Source: Methanoregula sp.
GTDB lineage: Archaea > Halobacteriota > Methanomicrobia > Methanomicrobiales > Methanospirillaceae
NCBI GenBank assembly: GCA_039698055.1
Contig: JBDKTL010000037.1
Span: forward strand, 1 to 64,000
Direction: 5' to 3'
DNA: 64,000 nucleotides
Below, piece by piece: positions 1 to 9,216 of the stretch. The position numbers and the translations under genes were made by a program. Every line of letters starts with the position of its first letter. Position 1 is the first letter of the stretch. The notes under the pieces are model-generated. The model was given only the letters and a program-made list of their open reading frames with translations, was not told the origin of the DNA and did not search any database.

Positions 1-290
1 ATACCGGTTTGTCGACACTATTTTGCCTCCTTTTTCGTTAGTAGCATAACAAAGTAAGGAGGCACTGTACCTTAGATCTTTCGGTCACTGTTTTACTTCT
101 GTGAACTCAGCATTTCTACAAAGCCAAAAAAATCAAACTACACTCCACATTCGGAGAGTGATCACGAAACAATAATTCCATTATGCTTTCGCGGGAATCT
201 GGGAAAATTATTTTTTTTGATCGTTTGGAAGCATATCTGTCTGCAACCCGTCAGTTGCCATAAAAAAGTTTTACGGGAAAACAGGATATT

Positions 291-1280
291 TTATTTCCGG
301 TTCAGGACTAAACCGGCAATTCCCACAATGACAAGCGCACTCACGGCGCCCAGCGGGGATAAGGGGGCATATGTGGTCTTTTTCGGAACCGGTGTACCGG
401 TTATGCCCGCGGTTATCTGCTGATATGTGGGGGACGCAGTTTGTTCCACCGAAATGACGGTGATTGCCGGAGGGGCTGTCGTCGGTGCAGTGTACGAGCC
501 AAAACGGACCGGCACTTCAGTTGGTGTGGGGCTTGCGGTTATGAGATATACTTGCGCGAGACCTGAAATTGCTTCTTTATTTTGTGCCGCCTCGGCATAC
601 AGGGGGTCGATACTTAATGCCATATCATAGCAATCCCGGGCATCGTTGTATCGCTGGAGCGCTGCAAGCGCCAGCCCCTTGTTGTTCCAGATCTCTGCAT
701 TCTTGATAGTGATCTGGGTGCAGTGATTGAATGCATCGAGTGCATCCTCGTACCGGTTCATGCTCATAAGCACCAGTCCTTTCTGGTTCCATCCGTCAAG
801 GTTGCCCGGCTGGAGGGCGGTACACCGGGTATAATCTGTCAGTGCGTTATCGAATTTACCGAGATGGAAATATGCAGATCCCTGGTTGCAGTAAGCATCA
901 GCCAGGTTTGTCTTTACTGCAAAGAGATTGTTGTATGCATCGACAGCATCGTCATACCTGCCCAGCTTGAAAAGCGCAAAAGCACGGGCATTCAGGGCAT
1001 CCACATCTGATTTTATCGCAAGTGCCTGTTCTGAAACCGTAAGAGCATCCGAATATTGTCCGAGCGCGTTGAGCGCGACAGCTTTCTTTCCCATCGCTGC
1101 TGCGTAATGGGGATCCTGTACGATTGCATTATCGTAATACGTAATTGCCAGTTGGTAATTCCCCACGGTTGCAGCATTCATTCCTTTCGTGTACCAGTCC
1201 TGTGCATCCTCTGCCGGTATTGCGGGAACGAGGATGCAGAGTACGAGAAGAAGAATTGCTGCGATGAATTTCAATTGCAT
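291..1280 (-). CDS. Secreted/cell-surface TPR-repeat protein with C-terminal membrane anchor
   Basis: Signal peptide, about 6 TPR repeats (W..KG..L..L.RY.DA), Thr/Pro-rich linker, C-terminal TM helix followed by NRK. Confidence 0.85.
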   Translation of the reverse strand: MQLKFIAAILLLVLCILVPAIPAEDAQDWYTKGMNAATVGNYQLAITYYDNAIVQDPHYAAAMGKKAVALNALGQYSDALTVSEQALAIKSDVDALNARAFALFKLGRYDDAVDAYNNLFAVKTNLADAYCNQGSAYFHLGKFDNALTDYTRCTALQPGNLDGWNQKGLVLMSMNRYEDALDAFNHCTQITIKNAEIWNNKGLALAALQRYNDARDCYDMALSIDPLYAEAAQNKEAISGLAQVYLITASPTPTEVPVRFGSYTAPTTAPPAITVISVEQTASPTYQQITAGITGTPVPKKTTYAPLSPLGAVSALVIVGIAGLVLNRK

Positions 1281-1340
1281 ACCGCGTAATTCTCTTTTAT
1301 GGCAGATGAAGATATTGTTTCACCAAGCCTTTTGCACCCG

Positions 1341-2423
1341 TCATGCTGCCGGCCGGTACAGGATGCAGCCGCACTGCCCAATCGTTATGGCAACCGAAGC
1401 CGCACACAATGCCGCAAAGACAAATCCGCCAAAGAAACCTGCCGCGTCTGCAATGAGCCCGGCAAAAAACGGGAGGATTGTCATGCCAAGGTAGCTGGTC
1501 GTGGAAAAAAGCCCCATGGCAAGACCCTGGTGATCGTGCACTTCCGATAAAAATGCCATCTGGGCAATCATGATGACACCGGCAAGGGCCCCGATAAGGA
1601 TGAATCCCAGCGGAGAAACAAACGTGAGCAGTACCGCACCCGTCATCAGGACTGCCGACCAGCGGATAGTCAGGACCGGGGGCAGATGTACCCTTGAGAT
1701 GATGATGACGGCAATGATCGTGGCAATACTCATACCGGCAATCCAGAGGCCGACAATATCGGGCGATCCCCCCGAGAATTTCGGGTACAGCGAAGTAACG
1801 ACACCGGTGATCCCGACGAGCACGATGGAAGAGTACCACATCCAGCGATAATCTTTGAGCAGCACCGAAAAGACGCCGGCACTGCTGTGCGTCCGGGCCG
1901 GGACCGTTTCCGTGATGAACAGGCTGAGTCCGCCAGCGATACCGGTTATTGCGGTGAACAGGACAATGCCGGCAACCGGCTCATTGATCCGGACCGCCAG
2001 CCAGCCGGCAGCGACGAGCCCCAGTACCAGCCCGGCATTGAGCAGCGCCATGAAGTACCCGCTCATTTTCGTATGATCCGGCAGGGAGTTCACATACGAC
2101 ATCGCCGCCGCCACAAAGAGTCCGGTCCCCACCCCTTCAACGCACCGCAGGACAATGACAGGAACCGGTGAGATAAAAAGCGAGAGAAGAATGCCGCTTG
2201 CAAGAGTGATGAAAAGCCCGGCCCGGATCACCGGCACCCGGCCGTACCGGTCAGACCAGATCCCACCGGGCAGCGTGGATAAGAATGCACCCAGGAAATA
2301 TGCGGCGTAGATAGCGCCCTGCCAGGTGGAACCCTCGGCATATGCGGGCAGTACCGGGACGATGGCATTGGAAAGTGCCATCACCGCAAAGATCCCGATA
2401 CTGACTGTAATACGCATCTTCAT
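1341..2423 (-). CDS. MFS transporter
   Basis: Motif A GIWSDRYGRV; ~12 hydrophobic segments. Confidence 0.85.
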   Translation of the reverse strand: MKMRITVSIGIFAVMALSNAIVPVLPAYAEGSTWQGAIYAAYFLGAFLSTLPGGIWSDRYGRVPVIRAGLFITLASGILLSLFISPVPVIVLRCVEGVGTGLFVAAAMSYVNSLPDHTKMSGYFMALLNAGLVLGLVAAGWLAVRINEPVAGIVLFTAITGIAGGLSLFITETVPARTHSSAGVFSVLLKDYRWMWYSSIVLVGITGVVTSLYPKFSGGSPDIVGLWIAGMSIATIIAVIIISRVHLPPVLTIRWSAVLMTGAVLLTFVSPLGFILIGALAGVIMIAQMAFLSEVHDHQGLAMGLFSTTSYLGMTILPFFAGLIADAAGFFGGFVFAALCAASVAITIGQCGCILYRPAA

Positions 2424-2435
2424 AACAAAACGTCG

Positions 2436-4355
2436 TCAGACCATGCGGTAGGTTTCAAGGTTCATGGGGGAATGGGTTTCAATGTGATAGCGCTTGTAGA
2501 TCGAACTTGCCAGGTCGATCGTATTGTTTTCGTCGCCGTGAATGCAGAACACTTTTTCCGGGCGCGGGGAGATCTGCCCGATATAGTTCATCAGCTGCCG
2601 TCGGTCGGAATGCCCGGAGAAGCCGTCGATGGTATCGATTTCCAGGTTGATGGTGATGGTACCTTTCCGGCCCATCGGCACTTCACGCCAGCCCTTCTGG
2701 ATGCGCCTCCCCTGGGTGCCGTCCGCCTGGTAACCGACAAAGACCAGCGCATTTTTCTCGTCAGATGCCAGGTTCAACAGGTACTCCATGACCGGCCCGC
2801 CGTTGAGCATCCCGCTCGTCGTGATAATCACACAGGGGTCCCCGGCCATCACTTTTTCCCGGAGGTCCTGCGAATCCACCTGCTGGAAACATTCGGCAAG
2901 GAACGGGTTCATACCTTCCCGGAAGATCAGGTTCCGGAGATCGGTATTGAGGTATTCCGGGTAGCAGGTGTGGATTGCGGTTGCTTCACGGATCATGCCG
3001 TCAAGGTAAATCTTGACCGGCGGGATCTTACCAAGGCGCATGCCCTCTTCGAGCGCGAGCATGACTTCCTGCGACCGTCCGACAGCAAATGCCGGGATAA
3101 TCACTTTTCCGCCACGGGAAAGGACCTTGTTGATCGTTTCGTAGAGTTTGTCCTCCGCGTCGGACCGGGCAGGCTGGAAATCATTGGAGCCCCCGTAGGT
3201 GCTCTCCATAAACACGGCTTCAAGACGGGGGAACTGGTTGATCGCCGGGTTAAAAAGACGGCTCTTGCTGTAATTGAAATCCCCGGTAAAGGCGATATTG
3301 TACATGCCGTCGCCGATGTGGAAGTGGGCGATTGCCGAACCAAGGATATGCCCGGCATTGTGGAAGGTGAGCTTGATGTCCGGCGCAATATCGGTTACGC
3401 TGCCGTAATTGAGCGTGATGGAATGACGGATATAGGTCTTGACCTCATTTGAGGAATAGGGAATTTTCCGGTCTTCCTTGTGGATGACATCGAGATAATC
3501 GAGCTGGAGCATCGCGGAGAGATCCCGGGTTGGCGGCGTGGCATAGACCGGCCCTTCATAGCCGTACTTGTAGAGCAGCGGGATGAGCGCACAGTGGTCA
3601 AGGTGGGCGTGGGTGAGAACCACGGCATCGAGCTGGGCAAGCGGATGGATCTCCGGCACGTACAGGTACGGTGTGCCATTTGAGTTATCCGGTTTTTCAC
3701 CACAATCGATCAGGACCCGGCTGTCGGGAGTGGTGAGCAGGAATGCCGCCCGGCCGACTTCACGGCAGCAGCCAAGGGTGGTGACCCGCAGCCAGTTGTC
3801 CTTTTTCGTCGCGTCCTTGTTGGACTCGTCCCGACCCGGGATATCCCGGTGGATCCGTCGCCCGATTGTCCTGAGGAATTGCTTGCGCTCCTCGTTTACC
3901 GACCGGAGATACTGGCGCACCTGCTTGACCGTGCTGCTCTCGATGGGGGGAGTCCGCACGACTTTTGGCGTCCACCCGATGTGTTTGGTGATCTCCCGTA
4001 GCGTGATCCCGTTTTTTCCGATGACCACGCCGGGCTTCTCTGCCTCGATAAGCACTTCCCCGGTATCCGGGTCAAAAAAGATATCGGTGATACCGGCGGT
4101 TTCCGGCACAACGGATTTGATCTCGTTGACTGCCTTTTCCGGATCTTCAAGGATAGTCGGCCTGACCACGATCCGTTTGCGGAGATCGCGGGCAAGAATC
4201 TTGATTAAGTCTGCTTCGTCAGCGAAGCGTTTGGGATCATCGGTATAGATGACGAGTTCGGGACCTTCAAATTCCACCTGCGTCACCGCGATGCCTTTTG
4301 GCACCTTATCGTTGATCTTCTCTTTGAGCTCTTTGAGCCGTTCTTCAATCTGCAT
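2436..4355 (-). CDS. fttA: beta-CASP ribonuclease aCPSF1 (FttA, transcription termination factor)
   Basis: N-terminal KH domains (KPGVVIGKNG), MBL motif THAHLDH, GFSGHSD; adjacent to psmB as is typical in archaea. Confidence 0.95.
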   Translation of the reverse strand: MQIEERLKELKEKINDKVPKGIAVTQVEFEGPELVIYTDDPKRFADEADLIKILARDLRKRIVVRPTILEDPEKAVNEIKSVVPETAGITDIFFDPDTGEVLIEAEKPGVVIGKNGITLREITKHIGWTPKVVRTPPIESSTVKQVRQYLRSVNEERKQFLRTIGRRIHRDIPGRDESNKDATKKDNWLRVTTLGCCREVGRAAFLLTTPDSRVLIDCGEKPDNSNGTPYLYVPEIHPLAQLDAVVLTHAHLDHCALIPLLYKYGYEGPVYATPPTRDLSAMLQLDYLDVIHKEDRKIPYSSNEVKTYIRHSITLNYGSVTDIAPDIKLTFHNAGHILGSAIAHFHIGDGMYNIAFTGDFNYSKSRLFNPAINQFPRLEAVFMESTYGGSNDFQPARSDAEDKLYETINKVLSRGGKVIIPAFAVGRSQEVMLALEEGMRLGKIPPVKIYLDGMIREATAIHTCYPEYLNTDLRNLIFREGMNPFLAECFQQVDSQDLREKVMAGDPCVIITTSGMLNGGPVMEYLLNLASDEKNALVFVGYQADGTQGRRIQKGWREVPMGRKGTITINLEIDTIDGFSGHSDRRQLMNYIGQISPRPEKVFCIHGDENNTIDLASSIYKRYHIETHSPMNLETYRMV

Positions 4356-4379
4356 ATAATAAACGTCCTAAAAAAAAGG

Positions 4380-5021
4380 TTATGCGGGGATCTTGGGAAG
4401 ATATTTTTTCAGTATATCTTCACCAAGAATCGTGTAGTTGTATTTGGTGATCACGACAACCTGGATTCCTTCACCGGAAGCCGAATCGCGTTTCATCGCG
4501 GATTTCAGGGAGCGGACGGCGAGATCGATTGCCTCGTCCTGTGTCATGTCCGCATGGTACCGGTCTTCGAGCACACCGTAGGCCATCGGGGAACCGGAAC
4601 CGGTTGAGACGATATCGTCTTCCCGGGTTGCCCCGCCCATCGCATCGACCGAATATAGGCTCGGACCTTTTTCATCCACGCCGCCAACGAGCAGCTGGAC
4701 ATAGTACGGGAAATACCGGTTCTGGTTTAAGTAATTTGACAGCAGGGTTGACGCTGCGCCAACGGTGATCGGCCGCGACCTGCGTATCTGGTACAGGTTG
4801 CATTCAACGGTGAGGATACGGGCAAGCTGCTGGGCATCGCCAACACCGCCGGCAGTGGTCATACCGATGCGATCGGCAACCTGGTAGACCTTCTTTGCCC
4901 GCTTGCTGGCAATCAACGATCCCATAGTCGCCCGTTTTTCCGTAGCGAGAATGACCCCATTATCAAATACCAGACCTATCGTGGTCGTCCCTTTCATAGA
5001 TTCCTGGTACTGTTCAGGCAT
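4380..5021 (-). CDS. psmB: Proteasome beta subunit
   Basis: Short propeptide then G|TTTIG Ntn nucleophile; GSGS and RDSASG motifs. Confidence 0.97.
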   Translation of the reverse strand: MPEQYQESMKGTTTIGLVFDNGVILATEKRATMGSLIASKRAKKVYQVADRIGMTTAGGVGDAQQLARILTVECNLYQIRRSRPITVGAASTLLSNYLNQNRYFPYYVQLLVGGVDEKGPSLYSVDAMGGATREDDIVSTGSGSPMAYGVLEDRYHADMTQDEAIDLAVRSLKSAMKRDSASGEGIQVVVITKYNYTILGEDILKKYLPKIPA

Positions 5022-5179
5022 ATTACACCTCTAAAAATAAACTAACGCTAAAATTCTTTTAAAAGCGTACTAAAGTATTAGGTGATAGTATAAAATTTAA
5101 AGGTTGCTATCGGTGCACCGACACAAAAAAAATTTCTTTTTATTGGATTTCTTTTGCACTGCCACGACACGAAAGACGG

Positions 5180-6028
5180 TTATTCCTCCGCGTCCTGGCA
5201 GAGCACTTTGATGAGATCCCGGTCGTAGAGCATGCCCACGAGGCGTTTGTCGCCATTTACTACGGGCAGCTGATCGACCCGGGACCGGCGCATCTTCAAT
5301 GCACACTCGCTGACCTCGGAGTTCTTGGGAACGGCAACGACATTCTTTACCATCGCCGTTTTCACCGGCCGGTTCGGGAGCTGGACCCGCGAAATGCCAA
5401 AACTGATCGTATGGTTGTCCCGGATACTCTCCCATGTCCACTCATCGTCATCGGTGCCGTTTGAGAAATCGCTCACACCGACAGAATCCTCGATGTTTGA
5501 GCTGCGGATAAGGTCGCGTTCGGAGATGATTCCCTGCAGGATGCTCTCATTGTTGAGGATCGGAATGGCATCGACACCGGAGATCTCCATGATCCGGCCG
5601 ACCAGCGGGAGCGGGGTCTCTTCCCAGAGTGCAAACGTCTTGCTGGTATACTTGTCTTTGATCTCTTCCTTGATCTTCATCTGGGCAATGGCGTGGATCA
5701 GGTCGGCAACTGACAGGAGCCCGATGAGTTTGCCGTCTTCAACGACCGGAAGCCTCCGGATGCGGTTCGTGATCAGCAGGCGTGCGGCTTCATGGATATC
5801 CATATCAGATTCGACACAGATGGGCTTTGGCGTCATCAGGAGCCCCAGCTGCGTCTCTTCGGGTTTGCACAAAAGATCTTTTCTGGTGATGATGCCGACA
5901 ATTTTTTTGTTTTTCAGGACCGGGACTCCGGAGATCCCGGTGCGTTTGAGAATCTTGAGCACATCGTCGCGGTTCCCGGGTATTTCCACATGCACGACAT
6001 CGGATGTCATGAAATCCTTGACGGTCAC
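5180..6028 (-). CDS. CBS-domain protein (4 CBS)
   Basis: Repeated CBS motifs (ISGVPV..VGIIT..D; RRLPVV..IGLLS..D); start uncertain (see findings). Confidence 0.9.
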   Translation of the reverse strand: MTVKDFMTSDVVHVEIPGNRDDVLKILKRTGISGVPVLKNKKIVGIITRKDLLCKPEETQLGLLMTPKPICVESDMDIHEAARLLITNRIRRLPVVEDGKLIGLLSVADLIHAIAQMKIKEEIKDKYTSKTFALWEETPLPLVGRIMEISGVDAIPILNNESILQGIISERDLIRSSNIEDSVGVSDFSNGTDDDEWTWESIRDNHTISFGISRVQLPNRPVKTAMVKNVVAVPKNSEVSECALKMRRSRVDQLPVVNGDKRLVGMLYDRDLIKVLCQDAEE

Positions 6029-6036
6029 AGCAGACG

Positions 6037-6471
6037 TTATGATCTCACCACCATCGTAGTGACATGGCTGTGAGAAACAATATACATGCTGACGCTTCCG
6101 ATAAGGAGCTGGTCGGCCTTGCTTTTTCCATGAGATCCAACGATAATGAGATCGGTTTTTTCCTGCTCTGCAAGCGAGATGACTTCGCTTCCCGCGTGAC
6201 CCTGTTTTGTGTGGGGGATAAGGACAATGCCATTTTCTGCCGCAGTTTTTTTGGCTGTGTTCAGGACTGATTCTCCCTCCTTTTCGAGCACACGGTACAT
6301 AATCTCAACCGTGTTATCCGTGGGCAGGGAGGAGAATAACCCGGTTTCCACAACGTAAACGGCATGGAGTTTTGCATTCCACACTTTCGCTTCATCAACA
6401 GCCCGCACAAGAGCCCGCTCGCTTGCGGTGGAACCATCGATTGCAACAAGTATGCTAGTAAACACCGGCAT
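6037..6471 (-). CDS. Universal stress protein (UspA family)
   Basis: ILVAIDGS ... DLIIVGSHG ... LLIGSVS. Confidence 0.93.
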   Translation of the reverse strand: MPVFTSILVAIDGSTASERALVRAVDEAKVWNAKLHAVYVVETGLFSSLPTDNTVEIMYRVLEKEGESVLNTAKKTAAENGIVLIPHTKQGHAGSEVISLAEQEKTDLIIVGSHGKSKADQLLIGSVSMYIVSHSHVTTMVVRS

Positions 6472-6503
6472 CACCCAAAACAAACATGCCAGTCTAATTG
6501 AAT

Positions 6504-7541
6504 TTACCCATTAAAAACACTATTGACGATCCGGACGGTTCCGGCCCGTTTAATGACCGTTGTCACAGGGTCGTGGCTGAAACAGAGCGCGGTGGGGGAA
6601 GGATCTAAAGTAAAAAAGGCGGCGCGGGCTCCTTTCACGATAAAAACGGGGGTTCCGATGAGTGCAGAGCCCATAACCGCGCTCCGGAGTACCTGCCGGG
6701 GCTCAGGGTGGTACACCGTATGCAAAAATGCCATCTCCGCGAACATGTCCGGCTGCACAAACATCGCATTGTCGGTGCCAAGCAACAGCGTGCAGCCACA
6801 ATCGATCATGCGGGCAACCGGTGGGTGCCGTGCCGATGAAGTGACGCCCAGCAGCCAATTGGAGCGGGGACAGATTGCAACCGGTATCTGCCGGTCCGCA
6901 CATTCGCGGATCTGGTGTGGCGTGGCATGGGTCATGTGGATGAGAAGATCCGGGTCAAATGCGAGAGCCGCGTCAATATCACCGCCATCCCGCTCTCCCG
7001 CGTGAAAAGCAATTTTTTTCCCGAGGTTTCGCGCTTGTTTTACCTGCTCCTCCACGTCCGGGACATCCCGGGCACTGCTGATGCCAAGACCGTCTGCTTC
7101 AGCTTCGCCGCCATCCCGCCCGAAAATTTCTGCCCGGAACCCCAGCCCTTCCGACGCCTCGCGCAATGCCCGGACGCCATTAATTCCCCCCTCGCGGAAA
7201 TCGGCACAGCCCCGTGTTCCCGTGGCTATCATATCGCCGATGCCTGCCCGCATACCGGCAACAAGATCCTGATAGGGGGTGCGGGCGAGCAGCCGGTGCT
7301 TGATCCCGTCAGGAGGGGTGACCAGTTCTTCAAGGGAGCCCTGTGCAGGATAATCCATCGCGACGGTATCTCCAAGGTGCGTATGGGCATTAAAAAAAGC
7401 CGGGCAGATCCAGACCGGCGGCGCACGGGGATTTGCTTCGATACCGGTAATCATGCCGGCTTCGACCACGATGTCGACCGGTTCAAGGGAGAATTCGTCG
7501 CCAACGAGTGCCTGCCCGGAGATTACCTGAGGGGATTTCAT
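6504..7541 (-). CDS. Metal-dependent amidohydrolase/deaminase family protein
   Basis: PAFFNAHTH (HxH), FHAGE, LIHMTH, LGTDN; start moved to ATG 7541. Confidence 0.88.
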   Translation of the reverse strand: MKSPQVISGQALVGDEFSLEPVDIVVEAGMITGIEANPRAPPVWICPAFFNAHTHLGDTVAMDYPAQGSLEELVTPPDGIKHRLLARTPYQDLVAGMRAGIGDMIATGTRGCADFREGGINGVRALREASEGLGFRAEIFGRDGGEAEADGLGISSARDVPDVEEQVKQARNLGKKIAFHAGERDGGDIDAALAFDPDLLIHMTHATPHQIRECADRQIPVAICPRSNWLLGVTSSARHPPVARMIDCGCTLLLGTDNAMFVQPDMFAEMAFLHTVYHPEPRQVLRSAVMGSALIGTPVFIVKGARAAFFTLDPSPTALCFSHDPVTTVIKRAGTVRIVNSVFNG

Positions 7542-7589
7542 GGTATGCTGTGTCTCTCCTTTATATATTGAAAAATGAAATATATTTGC

Positions 7590-7748
7590 ATGGCAAAGAA
7601 GCAAGGTGGAAGATTACTCTCCTCGGCTGGACTGGTAAATTATTACGAGAGCGAGGACCGGCGTGCAATTCACATCAACCCGCTTGTGGTGATGGGATTT
7701 GCCGCTGTAGTCGGTATTGTCATTCTCGTGCTGAACACAGTGTATTAA
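7590..7748 (+). CDS. secG: Preprotein translocase subunit Sec61beta (52 aa, absent from ORF track)
   Basis: Hand translation MAKKQGGRLLSSAGLVNYYESEDRRAIHINPLVVMGFAAVVGIVILVLNTVY; SSAGL.xYY motif plus C-terminal TM. Confidence 0.92.
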   Translation: MAKKQGGRLLSSAGLVNYYESEDRRAIHINPLVVMGFAAVVGIVILVLNTVY

Positions 7749-8494
7749 CCCCATTCTTTTTTCAGGGCTTTTCTTGTAAGGTCCTCATCTTTGGTGAAAT
7801 AGAGGTTGTCATGGCCCGTCCATGCCGGGCAGTTCCGGATGATGACCGCCGGGACACCGTTGTTGCTTTCGCCCATGACAAAATTGGCAAACCCGGCAAT
7901 TTCATCCACAACCGCTTCCTCGGTAATCTTGAGTACGTGACCGAAGAGATCCGTATCCCCCCGGAAATCCCGGATCGCGGTCATGCCGCTCCACCCGATC
8001 GCGTTACCGGTCTGCCCGCGCCGGAACGATCGCCCGCAGGTATCGGTGATGATAACACCGACATCGCGACCGGTGATTTTTTTGATTTCTGCCCGGACCT
8101 CACCGGCTGCGCCCATCGGGTCGGGCGGCAGGAAGATTACCATGCCGTCATCGATATTGCTCTGGTCGACTCCGGCCCGTACACCGATATGACCAAACGG
8201 GAGTTCGGAGAGGATGAAGGGGTGCTCCATGATGATATCTGCCGATGCGTCGAGAACTGACTGGACAAACCGGGGGTCTTCGCCATTGAGGTTTGCGAGA
8301 CGGTGTGCCCGTTCCGACGGGGTGATGGTCGAGAGCGCCTGGGTATAGCCTTTGGACTTTGAGTAAATGGTCGACGCAATAGAGATGATATCGCCATCCT
8401 GCACCGGCACCCGCTCGCAGATCAGTGCAGCGAGGTTGTCGCCGGCCCGGATGAGAGGGAGTCCCTCTACTCCCATGACCTGAATCTGAACCAT
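7745..8494 (-). CDS. cofE: Coenzyme F420-0:L-glutamate ligase
   Basis: GLPLIRAGDNL, AGVDQSN, LPPDP, VIITDTCGRSFRRGQ, DEIA...MGE; start at MVQIQV. Confidence 0.93.
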   Translation of the reverse strand: MVQIQVMGVEGLPLIRAGDNLAALICERVPVQDGDIISIASTIYSKSKGYTQALSTITPSERAHRLANLNGEDPRFVQSVLDASADIIMEHPFILSELPFGHIGVRAGVDQSNIDDGMVIFLPPDPMGAAGEVRAEIKKITGRDVGVIITDTCGRSFRRGQTGNAIGWSGMTAIRDFRGDTDLFGHVLKITEEAVVDEIAGFANFVMGESNNGVPAVIIRNCPAWTGHDNLYFTKDEDLTRKALKKEWG

Positions 8495-8757
8495 ACCAGT
8501 TCTATGAGTTGACCGGTCGATATAGGGATTTCGTTGTGCGTGTGGTGCCGTACAGGAACCGGGTTTTTGGGAGATGGGGTCGTTTGCGGATTTCTGTACA
8601 GAAGTTGTATGTTGACGGCGAGCGACGGGAACAGAAACCGGCGGTGCGTACGGGGTGTGGTGCCCGACATGCAGTTTTCCGGTTCTGGCGTTTATGAGAA
8701 ATAATATTTTTGCAATCGATATATTTTTATCAGGATAACGCACATGAACGGTTTACC

Positions 8758-9024
8758 ATGTACCTCATCTTCAGGTGTCCGGGGTGCAAAACATTTACCT
8801 ACGGGGATCGTTTCCAGAAATGGAAACTCTGCCCGGTATGTGGTCTTGCCTATGAGGTGGCAAAGGCACCGGCATATCTTGAAGTTGAAGATTACCATGA
8901 AGCAGAAAAAATTGTTGCCGAAATGCAGAAATATCTCATCAGAATGAATAAGAAGGATTTCACTCCTGAAGAGACTGACGAACTGCGCCACCATTATGCG
9001 GTCTGGCTGCGACAGAGAGTATGA
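8758..9024 (+). CDS. Small zinc-ribbon protein (DUF1922-like)
   Basis: MYLIFRCPGC...CPVCG, two CxxC pairs. Confidence 0.7.
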   Translation: MYLIFRCPGCKTFTYGDRFQKWKLCPVCGLAYEVAKAPAYLEVEDYHEAEKIVAEMQKYLIRMNKKDFTPEETDELRHHYAVWLRQRV

Positions 9025-9216
9025 ATTCTTTTTATTGCGAAAATAGTTCTGCCTTTTTTAATTTCCGGGGTTTCTGGCAGGATAATTTCTCATGGGGTGC
9101 CGGATAATCGTTGCCGGTAAAGTGAGCGGATAAAAAATTCCGGAATTTTCGATCGGGACCTCACGTGCTCTCCGGGCAATACTTCAAGAAGTCCGGCACG
9201 GCACATTATACGAGAG

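Noticed and set aside
61-82. GGCACTGTA-N7-TCTTTC as a third copy of the repeat terminus
   Set aside because: Only 15 of 22 positions match, nothing beyond aligns, and it is explained by promoter-like and inverted-repeat sequence
8495-8743. N-terminal extension of cofE and the repeated GTGTGGTGCC in this gap
   Set aside because: Extension has no homology signal; two 10-mers without nested structure are insufficient
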